A stretch of DNA of 54,707 nucleotides, from NCBI GenBank assembly GCA_964509365.1, contig CAZDWN010000005.1, forward strand, positions 1 through 54,707, read 5' to 3'. The notes under the pieces were generated by a model, which saw only the letters and a program-made list of their open reading frames with translations, did not search any database and had not been told where the DNA came from. Source of the DNA: an uncultured Pseudomonadales bacterium. GTDB lineage: Bacteria; Patescibacteriota; Microgenomatia; UBA1400; UBA12028. Position 1 is the first letter of the stretch, and every line of letters begins with the position of its first letter. Of this stretch, positions 25,642 through 33,160 are shown one piece after another. A program made the translations under genes and the position numbers.

Positions 25642-26253
25642 ATGACTCTCCAAGAAATCTATTCAACATATAAAATCCCTCCAAATTTAGTCCGGCATCA
25701 GCTCCAAGTGGCGGCAGTAGGAAAGTATGTCTGTGATCATTGGATTGGCCCCGAGCTGGACAAGGATCTCATCCTCAAGACTCTTCTCTTGCATGACCTA
25801 GGAAACATAGTCAAGTTCAAACGCCCATTTTTGGGGGAATTAGAGCCTCAAGCGGCATATTGGGAGGAAGTCCAAGCTGACTTTGTCTCGCGCTATGGCA
25901 ATGATGCAAATGATGCCACTGAACTCATCCTCAACGAGCTCGGACTCTTGGATGTCCTCGCGGTGTTAGTCGAGATGAAAGATGTCTGGGAACATCCTCG
26001 TGGGAATCTATCCTGGGAAGCTCGAATTTGTGAGTATGCTGACTGCTGCGTCACGCCAGTCGGGATCGAAGGATTTGAGATGCGTATGGCTGATCTCGAG
26101 CGAAGGTATGGTCACGGCAAGGAGACAATAGTGCAGATCGCGATGCGTGAAAGTGCAAAAAAAGTCCAAGAAAATGTGGACACTGACTTGAGTACGTTGT
26201 CCAAGATTGATTTTGAAAAAGAAATGGAAGAATTACAGACTATACGCTTTTAG
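25642..26253 (+). CDS. HD-domain phosphohydrolase
   Basis: 203 aa with LLLHDLGNIVK (the HD motif). TATAAT at 25630-25635 ends 6 nt before the ATG, and there is no SD, so the mRNA may be leaderless. Confidence 0.8.
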   Translation: MTLQEIYSTYKIPPNLVRHQLQVAAVGKYVCDHWIGPELDKDLILKTLLLHDLGNIVKFKRPFLGELEPQAAYWEEVQADFVSRYGNDANDATELILNELGLLDVLAVLVEMKDVWEHPRGNLSWEARICEYADCCVTPVGIEGFEMRMADLERRYGHGKETIVQIAMRESAKKVQENVDTDLSTLSKIDFEKEMEELQTIRF

Positions 26254-26264
26254 AAAACTATCCT

Positions 26265-26300
26265 TCGACCTTCTGGAGTACCAGAATGCTCAGGATGACA
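26265..26300 (-). repeat. short hairpin repeat element, copy B (inverted orientation)
   Basis: The reverse complement reads TGTCATCCTGAGCATTCTGGTACTCCAGAAGGTCGA. The stem TTCTGG/CCAGAA replaces GCCTGG/CCAGGC of copy A. Confidence 0.6.
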
Positions 26301-26309
26301 GAGTTGAGA

Positions 26310-26338
26310 TTGTTTCAAGCTACTTGAAGTGTTACAAT
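26310..26338 (+). promoter_or_regulatory. candidate promoter of the tmRNA-like RNA
   Basis: TTGTTT (26310-26315), 17-nt spacer, TACAAT (26333-26338). The predicted TSS near 26345 is just before the GGGG start of the RNA. Confidence 0.5.
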
Positions 26339-26348
26339 AACGGTTCGC

Positions 26349-26630
26349 GCGGGGTAGTGTACGGCTGCACGTGAGGCTCGACAAAATGGGCCACTCCTCC
26401 TGACTAACGTCTTGAGGGTGAATCTTGGCTATATCGGGGAAACCTTCTTCCAATTCAAAACTGGAATGGCAATCCCGAGGAAAGACTCACCGATGAGGTG
26501 AGAATCCGTAGAGACTATACGCCGAGGCTTGGGGAAACTCAGGTAAGATATAGTCCGATACTCCAGGAAACTGGAGATAACAGATTGCATAATCTCGCAG
26601 ACAAGGTTCGACTCCTTGCTCCGCAACAAC
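26349..26630 (+). ncRNA. ssrA: structured ncRNA, most likely an atypical tmRNA
   Basis: The 5' end GGGGTAGTGTACGG..GGCTCGAC (26351-26382) resembles the tmRNA 5' consensus. The 3' end has a perfect T-arm CAAGG-TTCGACT-CCTTG (26602-26618) followed by CTCC. There is an internal GNRA hairpin CTCCAG-GAAA-CTGGAG (26561-26576). The region has its own promoter and terminator and no credible ORF. Anomalies are listed in findings. Confidence 0.55.
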
Positions 26631-26639
26631 GCGATAGAA

Positions 26640-26663
26640 AAGACCACCTTAGGGTGGTTTTTT
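26640..26663 (+). terminator. rho-independent terminator of the ncRNA
   Basis: ACCACC-ttag-GGTGGT, then a T6 run. Confidence 0.8.
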
Positions 26664-26675
26664 CATATTTTGAGA

Positions 26676-26684
26676 TGATATACT
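26676..26684 (+). promoter_or_regulatory. candidate extended -10 element for the tRNA
   Basis: TGATATACT fits TGnTATAnT and ends 13 nt before the tRNA 5' end. Confidence 0.4.
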
Positions 26685-26697
26685 ATCTACTCAAGTT

Positions 26698-26770
26698 GTC
26701 AGGGTAGCTCAGCTGGTAGAGCACCACATTCATAACGTGGCGGTCGTGGGATCGAAGCCCACCCCTGACA
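26698..26770 (+). tRNA. tRNA with CAT anticodon (elongator Met, or Ile2 if lysidine-modified)
   Basis: Manual cloverleaf: acceptor GTCAGGG/CCCTGAC, D arm GCTC-AGCTGGTA-GAGC, anticodon loop TTCATAA, T arm GTGGG-ATCGAAG-CCCAC, discriminator A. CCA is not encoded. There is one A-C mismatch at 31:39. Confidence 0.85.
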
Positions 26771-26780
26771 CAACTTCCCT

Positions 26781-27095
26781 TTATGGAGTAGGAGAGGGGA
26801 TCTGCAAGATGATCTCACCAGGCTTTTGCATATTGAGTTCGTCACGAATACGTCGTTCTTCCTCCAGAGGACTATTGGCCTGATCGAGCTTCTTTAGGAG
26901 TTCTAATCCTTTGGTTTCCTCTTGTTTCAAGCGTTCTTCAGCTTGTTGCTTTGCCAAAAAAGCCTGTTTGGTCTCCATCGCAGACCGAATCAGTCGAATA
27001 CCGATCACTAGGCATCCTATTGCCCAGAGGAGTAAGAAAATTCTGTTTGAAAAAAGCTTCGATAAGAGGGATGTGCGTTCCTCGATCTTTCTCAT
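26781..27095 (-). CDS. septum formation initiator (FtsB/DivIC family)
   Basis: 104 aa with an N-terminal TM helix, a coiled coil, and IRDELNMQKPGEIIL, which is typical of DivIC/FtsB. Confidence 0.8.
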   Translation of the reverse strand: MRKIEERTSLLSKLFSNRIFLLLWAIGCLVIGIRLIRSAMETKQAFLAKQQAEERLKQEETKGLELLKKLDQANSPLEEERRIRDELNMQKPGEIILQIPSPTP

Positions 27096-27205
27096 TGACT
27101 ATAGGCCTTTTCGCTGATATTATAAGTCTCTTGAGGAATAACCGGAAAACGTATTCCAGCCCTCAACTATTTGTACAGGATATTGACTAGAATTGCGAGT
27201 ACTTC

Positions 27206-28084
27206 ATGGACACAGAAGCCAAACTTTCCGACTTTCACGCCCAATTTTTACAGGATCTTCAGACCAAAGGCCGTGCCGGCGCAACCGTCGTCGCCTATGG
27301 AAAAGATATTGAACAATTTTTGGCATTTTTAGCAACCAAGCTTCAAAAAGTGACGATTGCGAGTGTCGAAAGTGCAGATATTGAAAGTTATAAGGGCCAA
27401 TTGGCGAGTGAAAATTATACGGATAAATCAATTTATCGAAAAATTAATTCGATCAAATCGTTCTTCCGCTTCTTGCGTGGGATTGGTGTCATCGCCGAAA
27501 ACCCTGCAAATACCGTCTCTCACCCAAAGTATGACTTGGCGGACCCTCGAGTCTTGACCAAGCTTGAGTATCGCGCGCTTCGAGACGCATGCCGAGCTGA
27601 CAAGCGTATCTCGACCATCGTCGAAGTGCTGTTACAGACAGGTATGCGTATCAGTGAACTGGCAAACCTTGAAGTCGAAGATGTCGATCTTGAAAATCAA
27701 ACGATTACGGTCCGTCCGCAAGAGTCGCACGGTCAACGACAGATCCCTTTGAATAATGCTGCAGTCAGTGCGATCAAAGAGTATTTGGAAATTCGTCCAA
27801 AAACTCGCCAAAAAGCGTTGTTTGTCACCAAGACGTGCCGACCTTTCCTGGTCCGTAACATCCGTACGGCAATTGACCGGTATTTCAGACTCGCAGGTAT
27901 CAAAGATGCAAAGGTCAACGATCTTCGTCATACGTTTATCGTCCAACAACTTGCCGCCGGTACTCCTCTGGTGTACGTCAGCCAATTGGTCGGACACAAA
28001 CGCATCACAACGACTGAAAAATACCTCAAACTGCTTCAAAACAATGCAGACTTCCAGACACAGATGAAGGTGGAAGAGCTCTAG
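27206..28084 (+). CDS. tyrosine recombinase, XerC/XerD type
   Basis: 292 aa with an N-terminal SAM-like domain, then the catalytic residues ...TGMRISEL..., LRHTFIVQQL, GHKRITTTEKY. Confidence 0.88.
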   Translation: MDTEAKLSDFHAQFLQDLQTKGRAGATVVAYGKDIEQFLAFLATKLQKVTIASVESADIESYKGQLASENYTDKSIYRKINSIKSFFRFLRGIGVIAENPANTVSHPKYDLADPRVLTKLEYRALRDACRADKRISTIVEVLLQTGMRISELANLEVEDVDLENQTITVRPQESHGQRQIPLNNAAVSAIKEYLEIRPKTRQKALFVTKTCRPFLVRNIRTAIDRYFRLAGIKDAKVNDLRHTFIVQQLAAGTPLVYVSQLVGHKRITTTEKYLKLLQNNADFQTQMKVEEL

Positions 28085-28147
28085 ACTGTACCAAAGCGCT
28101 CCTATTGGCTATAATGGATTTCCTAAACTGTAACCAAAGGATCTGTT

Positions 28148-30355
28148 GTGTCTCGTCGTCGTCGAAAATCACCGATTAAATTGCAAATTCGTGAAGATCT
28201 TATGTATACCTTGGGAGGGATTGTTTTTTTCATCCTCTCAGGTCTCGTGATCCTTTCCTTTGGAGGGAAAGGATATGTTTTTACCGTCCTCAATATGCTC
28301 CTCCGACGCTGGTTTGGGGGAGTCGCATTGATGGTCCCATTTCTTTTCTTCTCTGCTGGTCTGTTACTGATACGCGTCAAATGGGCGTTTGGCAAAGCTC
28401 ACACATTCTTGGGAGCGCTGCTCTTGTTTGTCGGGAGCTTGATCTTATTTTCAGGTGGAAGTCTCGGTATTCGATTGTTTGAATCGATGGCGTCAGTGAT
28501 CACTCCCGCCGGTACGAGTATTCTTGCAATCGGTATCTCCTTTGCCGGCATTTTGATCATGACAGACAATAGTCTTGGAGAGTTACTTCACTTCTTTGCG
28601 AGTATCTTTGAGCTCGTGCCGGCAGCGAAGCAACCACTCATGGCCAAACAAAAACTGCTTGAAAAAAATGAAGACAAAAATGAATCAGATGAGGAAGTTG
28701 TCGAAGAAAAACGACCGGTATGGAATGATCACAAGCTAGATGTCCTCGCGACCCCAGTCTCAAAAGCACTACCGGTAGCGCCTCCTGCCAAACCTCCAGC
28801 GCCGGCTTATGACCCAGAAAAAAAGATCGAAGTGCTCAAGACCAGTTCGCCAAAAGTGGTCGCCGCAATCAAGCCGGAAGTCCCCGAGCAAGAACCTCTC
28901 AAAGTGTGGACACTGCCTCCAGTCTCTCTTCTTGATCCGAAAACTGGTGGAAAAGCTGATCGCGGTGATGTCAACGCAAACGCCAATATTATTGAGAAGA
29001 CTCTTGATGCCTTTGGCATCTCGGCTCGAGTCGTCGACTTTAAAGCTGGACCAGCAGTCACTCAATATTGTCTTCAAATTGGCACGGGGACAAAGTTGTC
29101 AAAGATCACCTCACTTGCAAATGATCTTGCGCTTGCGCTTGCCGCTCCCACCGGTCAGATCCGTATTGAAGCTCCAATCCCAGGCACGTCTTGGGTGGGT
29201 ATTGAGATTCCAAACATCAGTAGTGAGTTCGTCACCCTGCGGACGATGCTGGTATCTGAAGAGATGAAAAAGAGTCACTCCAAGTTGGCAGTTGCGTTAG
29301 GCTTGAATGTCTCAGGGAAACCAGTAGTGATCGATATTGCCAGGATGCCACATGCACTGATTGCTGGTGCTACGGGTTCAGGAAAATCTGTCGCCATCAA
29401 TGCATTTATCGCGAGTATTTTGTTCCGCGCAAGCCCAGATGAAGTGAAGTTTATTATGGTCGATCCAAAGCGTGTCGAACTTTCACAGTACAACGATATC
29501 CCTCACTTGATCACTCCAGTTATCACCGAGACAAGTAAAGTGCTTGGGACACTCAACTGGGCGGTGGACGAGATGACCAGACGCTACAAACTGTTTGCTG
29601 AAGTCGGAGTCCGCAACATTGAAAGTTACAATGAAATGGCGGGTTTTCATGCTCTCAATTACATCGTGATTGTCATCGACGAACTTGCTGACATCATGCT
29701 CATGGCTCCAGCTCCGGTCGAAGAAGCCATTACTCGATTGGCGCAAATGGCTCGTGCCGTCGGAATTCATCTTTTACTCGCCACGCAGCGTCCATCGGTC
29801 AACGTCATTACTGGCTTAATCAAAGCGAATGTGCCGACTCGAATTGCTTTCAATGTCTCGTCGATGGTCGACTCTCGTGTCATCTTGGATACTCCTGGGG
29901 CGGAAAAACTGCTTGGTCGAGGTGACATGCTCTATATTCCACCAGAGCAATCCAAGCCAACTCGTGTCCAAGGGACCTTTGTCGCCGATCATGAAATCCG
30001 AAAAATGATTGATTTCATCAAATCGCAAGGCGTCAATCCGACATACATGGAAGAAATTACTCAGAAATACCAGACGACTCCAATCATTGGTGGAACTTCG
30101 AAAGAAGGTGGCGGAGAGAATAAAGACGAACAAGTGATGCTCGATGCTATCCGAGTTATCTTGCAGTACAACAAAGCGAGTGTCTCGGTCCTGCAAAGAC
30201 GACTATCACTTGGATATGGACGTGCAGCGAGAATCATGGATATCTTGGCTGAAGAAGGCATCGTCAGTGCTCAGGATACGCCGGGGAAAGGGAGAGAAAT
30301 CTTCGCCAGTCGCGCGCAGGAGTACCTCACCCAACGTGAGGCAGGTTCACAATGA
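28148..30355 (+). CDS. ftsK: DNA translocase FtsK/SpoIIIE
   Basis: 735 aa (GTG start) with N-terminal TM helices, a Pro-rich linker, Walker A GATGSGKS, Walker B VIVIDELAD and a C-terminal gamma wHTH (SVLQRRLSLGYGRAARIMD). Confidence 0.93.
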   Translation: MSRRRRKSPIKLQIREDLMYTLGGIVFFILSGLVILSFGGKGYVFTVLNMLLRRWFGGVALMVPFLFFSAGLLLIRVKWAFGKAHTFLGALLLFVGSLILFSGGSLGIRLFESMASVITPAGTSILAIGISFAGILIMTDNSLGELLHFFASIFELVPAAKQPLMAKQKLLEKNEDKNESDEEVVEEKRPVWNDHKLDVLATPVSKALPVAPPAKPPAPAYDPEKKIEVLKTSSPKVVAAIKPEVPEQEPLKVWTLPPVSLLDPKTGGKADRGDVNANANIIEKTLDAFGISARVVDFKAGPAVTQYCLQIGTGTKLSKITSLANDLALALAAPTGQIRIEAPIPGTSWVGIEIPNISSEFVTLRTMLVSEEMKKSHSKLAVALGLNVSGKPVVIDIARMPHALIAGATGSGKSVAINAFIASILFRASPDEVKFIMVDPKRVELSQYNDIPHLITPVITETSKVLGTLNWAVDEMTRRYKLFAEVGVRNIESYNEMAGFHALNYIVIVIDELADIMLMAPAPVEEAITRLAQMARAVGIHLLLATQRPSVNVITGLIKANVPTRIAFNVSSMVDSRVILDTPGAEKLLGRGDMLYIPPEQSKPTRVQGTFVADHEIRKMIDFIKSQGVNPTYMEEITQKYQTTPIIGGTSKEGGGENKDEQVMLDAIRVILQYNKASVSVLQRRLSLGYGRAARIMDILAEEGIVSAQDTPGKGREIFASRAQEYLTQREAGSQ

Positions 30356-30984
30356 AGTCGGTTGGCGAAGTCTTACGATCCACTCGTGAAAAAAAGAAAA
30401 TTTCGTTGGCGACAGTGAGCAGCCAGACGTCTATCTCCCAAGAATACTTACACGCAATCGAGCAAAATGCATTTGACACACTGCCAAGCGATGTGACGAC
30501 TCGCGGATTTCTCTCATTGTATGCGCTCGCTCTCGATATGGACCCCAAGACGATCATTTCGTTGTATCGCCGAGACGTGCCAGTCCAACCTTCAGATTTA
30601 CCTAGTCTGCACCGAAAGTTTTTTGTCTTCGGCCATGACCGATTGTTGCGATATGTCTTGCGTGCATTACTGGCAGGAGTTGCCATCAGTGTTACATTGT
30701 TTATGGCGATGTTTGTCATACGCCTGCGTCAGGCGCCTCCACTGACCATTTCGACACCAAAAAATGAAGCCCATGTGATCTCTCCGGTATTGATCCGAGG
30801 TAGTACCACGAGCGATGCCGTCGTCCAAATTGACGGGGAAGCAATTGGCGTGAATCAAGACGGAGTGTTTATGCATGAAGTGGATCTCGATCCAGGGCTC
30901 CACGTGCTCACCGTCAAATCGATAGGGCGCAATCGCAAAGAGCGAGTCAGCCAACTGGTGGTGACAGTAGACGAAGAGAAATGA
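30352..30984 (+). CDS. RodZ-like HTH membrane protein
   Basis: 210 aa. Its ATGA start overlaps the ftsK stop. It has an XRE-type HTH (ISLATVSSQTSISQEYLHAIE), one TM helix and an Ig-like C-terminal domain. Confidence 0.7.
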   Translation: MKSVGEVLRSTREKKKISLATVSSQTSISQEYLHAIEQNAFDTLPSDVTTRGFLSLYALALDMDPKTIISLYRRDVPVQPSDLPSLHRKFFVFGHDRLLRYVLRALLAGVAISVTLFMAMFVIRLRQAPPLTISTPKNEAHVISPVLIRGSTTSDAVVQIDGEAIGVNQDGVFMHEVDLDPGLHVLTVKSIGRNRKERVSQLVVTVDEEK

Positions 30985-30996
30985 TACGATACGAAT

Positions 30997-31266
30997 ATGT
31001 ACGACCCACTCACTCTCATCCTTTCGATCGCAGTCATTTTGCTTATCGTCGTCATCGTCGCATTTTTGGCGATTCTTATCATCGTACTGTTGTCGGTCAA
31101 AAAAACGCTTGCACAGCTTCAAAACGCGATCTCAAATGTGGAAGACACCGCGCTTCGTTCGCTGGCTCCATTACTGTCATTTAAGGCAATGTTTTCTGAC
31201 ACCAGACAATTTGTGTCGGCAGCTTCAAAAGTGGTGAAGGTCCTCCAGGGAAAAAAGTCAAAGTAA
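30997..31266 (+). CDS. small membrane-anchored protein (DUF948-like)
   Basis: 89 aa with an N-terminal TM helix (LILSIAVILLIVVIVAFLAILIIVLL) and a helical tail. Confidence 0.6.
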   Translation: MYDPLTLILSIAVILLIVVIVAFLAILIIVLLSVKKTLAQLQNAISNVEDTALRSLAPLLSFKAMFSDTRQFVSAASKVVKVLQGKKSK

Positions 31267-31284
31267 CCTGATATAATTCCTTTC

Positions 31285-33084
31285 ATGACTGCAAACGACC
31301 TTCGTTCCAAGTACCTTGAGTTCTTCAAAAAAAACGGGCACACGATTATTCCGTCGTCTCCACTCGTGCCTGAAAATGATCCGACGACACTTTTTACCAG
31401 TAGTGGCATGCAGCCACTCGTCCCGTATTTGCTCGGTCAACCTCATCCAGAAGGAAAACGCCTTACTGATTCTCAAAAATCATTTCGTAGCCAAGATATT
31501 GAAGAAGTGGGCGACAATCGTCACACGACATTTTTTGAAATGCTCGGTAATTGGTCACTTGGCGATTATTTCAAAAAAGAACAGCTCCCGTGGTTTTATG
31601 AATTTTTGACGAAAGAAGTGGGCTTGGATCCAAAAAACATTGCGGTGACTGTATTTGAGGGAAACGAAAGTGTGCCAAAAGATACAGAGTCAATCGCAAT
31701 CTGGAAAAGCCTGGGAATTTCAGAGGATCGCATCTTTACTTATGGTGCGAAAAAAAATTGGTGGTCTCGCTCCGGGACACCAGACAAGATGCCAGCTGGT
31801 GAGCCTGGAGGACCTGATAGTGAAGTCTTCTTTGAATTTACTCATATCTCTCATGATCCAAAGTTTGGGGATACCTGTCACCCAAATTGCGACTGTGGCA
31901 GATTTATGGAGATAGGGAACTCTGTCTTCATGCAATATCAAAAACAAGCTGATGGAAGTCTGAAAGAACTGGATCAAAAAAATGTTGATTTTGGAGGTGG
32001 ACTCGAAAGAATCTTAGCAGCAAAGAATAATGATCCTGACGTCTTCAAGATCGATATCTTGATCGGTCTAATTCAAAAAATTGAGTCGATGTCAGGAAAA
32101 ACCTATGGGACTGATGAACTCATCACCCGGTCGATGCGAGTGATCGCTGATCACGTCCGCGCTGGAGTGATGCTCGCTGCTGACGGAGTCTTGCCGAGCA
32201 ATAAACAACAGGGATATTTCGCGAGGCGATTGCTGCGCCGCTCGATCAGATTCGCTCACAACCTCGGGATTACTCAAAACTTTTTAGGCGAGCTGGTCCC
32301 AGTTGTCGTCGAAAACTACAAAACGCAATATCCAAGTGTCGTGGCTCAGGCAGTGATGATTCGCGAGCAATTTGAGATAGAGGAAAATAAGTTTCGAAAG
32401 ACGCTTTCAAAAGGGCTTCGAGAAATCGAAAAAATCCCAACTCTCGATGGCAATATTGCCTTTTCGATGTATGAGACGTATGGTTTCCCACTCGAACTCA
32501 CGCAAGAAATAGCGGTTGAGCGAGGTCAAGTGGTCGATAGTGATCAATTTCAAAAAGAATTTGATAAGCACAAAGAGCTTTCACGCACATCATCAAGCGG
32601 GATGTTCAAAGGTGGTTTGGCAGATCAAGGCGAAGTCTCTTTGAAATATCATACAGCGACACATCTCCTGCAAGCAGCCCTTCGGAAAGTCCTGGGAGAA
32701 CATGTCGGACAAAAGGGAAGTAATATCACCGGCGAACGACTTCGCTTTGACTTCTCACATCCAAAAGCGCTGACTCCAGAAGAAAGACAAGCGGTCGAGG
32801 ATCAGATCAATGAGTGGATCAAACTTGATCTGCCAGTCACCAAAGAGATGATGAGTAAGGAAGAGGCCCTCAAATCCGGAGCCATTGCGTTTTTTATTGA
32901 AAAATATCCAGACACCGTTTCTGTGTATTCGGTTGGGAACGATCCAAAGACTGACTGGGTCTCCAAAGAGTTATGTGGTGGCCCACACGTCGAACACACT
33001 GGTGTGATTGGCCCGATCACTATCTTCAAAGAAGAAGCAGTCTCCGCCGGCGTCCGCCGCATCTACATCAAGCTGACCGCGTAA
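31285..33084 (+). CDS. alaS: alanine--tRNA ligase, short form lacking the C-Ala domain
   Basis: 599 aa. N-terminal class II core (DPTTLFTSSGMQ, FFEMLGNWSLGDYFK) and editing-domain motifs HTATHLL and CGGPHV. The protein ends right after the editing domain. Confidence 0.9.
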   Translation: MTANDLRSKYLEFFKKNGHTIIPSSPLVPENDPTTLFTSSGMQPLVPYLLGQPHPEGKRLTDSQKSFRSQDIEEVGDNRHTTFFEMLGNWSLGDYFKKEQLPWFYEFLTKEVGLDPKNIAVTVFEGNESVPKDTESIAIWKSLGISEDRIFTYGAKKNWWSRSGTPDKMPAGEPGGPDSEVFFEFTHISHDPKFGDTCHPNCDCGRFMEIGNSVFMQYQKQADGSLKELDQKNVDFGGGLERILAAKNNDPDVFKIDILIGLIQKIESMSGKTYGTDELITRSMRVIADHVRAGVMLAADGVLPSNKQQGYFARRLLRRSIRFAHNLGITQNFLGELVPVVVENYKTQYPSVVAQAVMIREQFEIEENKFRKTLSKGLREIEKIPTLDGNIAFSMYETYGFPLELTQEIAVERGQVVDSDQFQKEFDKHKELSRTSSSGMFKGGLADQGEVSLKYHTATHLLQAALRKVLGEHVGQKGSNITGERLRFDFSHPKALTPEERQAVEDQINEWIKLDLPVTKEMMSKEEALKSGAIAFFIEKYPDTVSVYSVGNDPKTDWVSKELCGGPHVEHTGVIGPITIFKEEAVSAGVRRIYIKLTA

Positions 33085-33085
33085 C

Positions 33086-33114
33086 TTGATTTCTCTTCTC
33101 ATTCTGCCCATAAT
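33086..33114 (+). promoter_or_regulatory. candidate promoter
   Basis: TTGATT (33086-33091), 17-nt spacer, CATAAT (33109-33114). The string ATAATGGATTT is shared with 28111-28121 upstream of ftsK. Confidence 0.4.
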
Positions 33115-33160
33115 GGATTTTGGATGACCCTCGCCACGCGGGGTATTTTGCAGATCCTTT

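Noticed and set aside
26470-26600. RNase P RNA as the identity of the structured RNA (GAGGAAAG at 26477-26484, ACAGA at 26579-26583)
   Set aside because: The string after GAGGAAAG (ACTCACC) has no complementary partner near ACAGATTGCATAAT to form helix P4. The unit is about 285 nt and ends in a T-arm, which fits tmRNA-like RNAs better.
26250-26707. ORFs 26250..26453 (-), 26429..26647 (-) and 26498..26707 (+) in the ncRNA interval
   Set aside because: They have no SD. One runs through a terminator into the tRNA. The interval has its own promoter and terminator and tRNA-like motifs, so an RNA gene explains it better.
28110-28121. Shared ATAATGGATTT string upstream of ftsK (28111-28121) and of the 675-aa gene (33110-33120) as a regulatory motif
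   Set aside because: The match is only 11 nt and largely coincides with a -10-like hexamer. Two occurrences in 54 kb of AT-moderate DNA are not enough to claim a motif.
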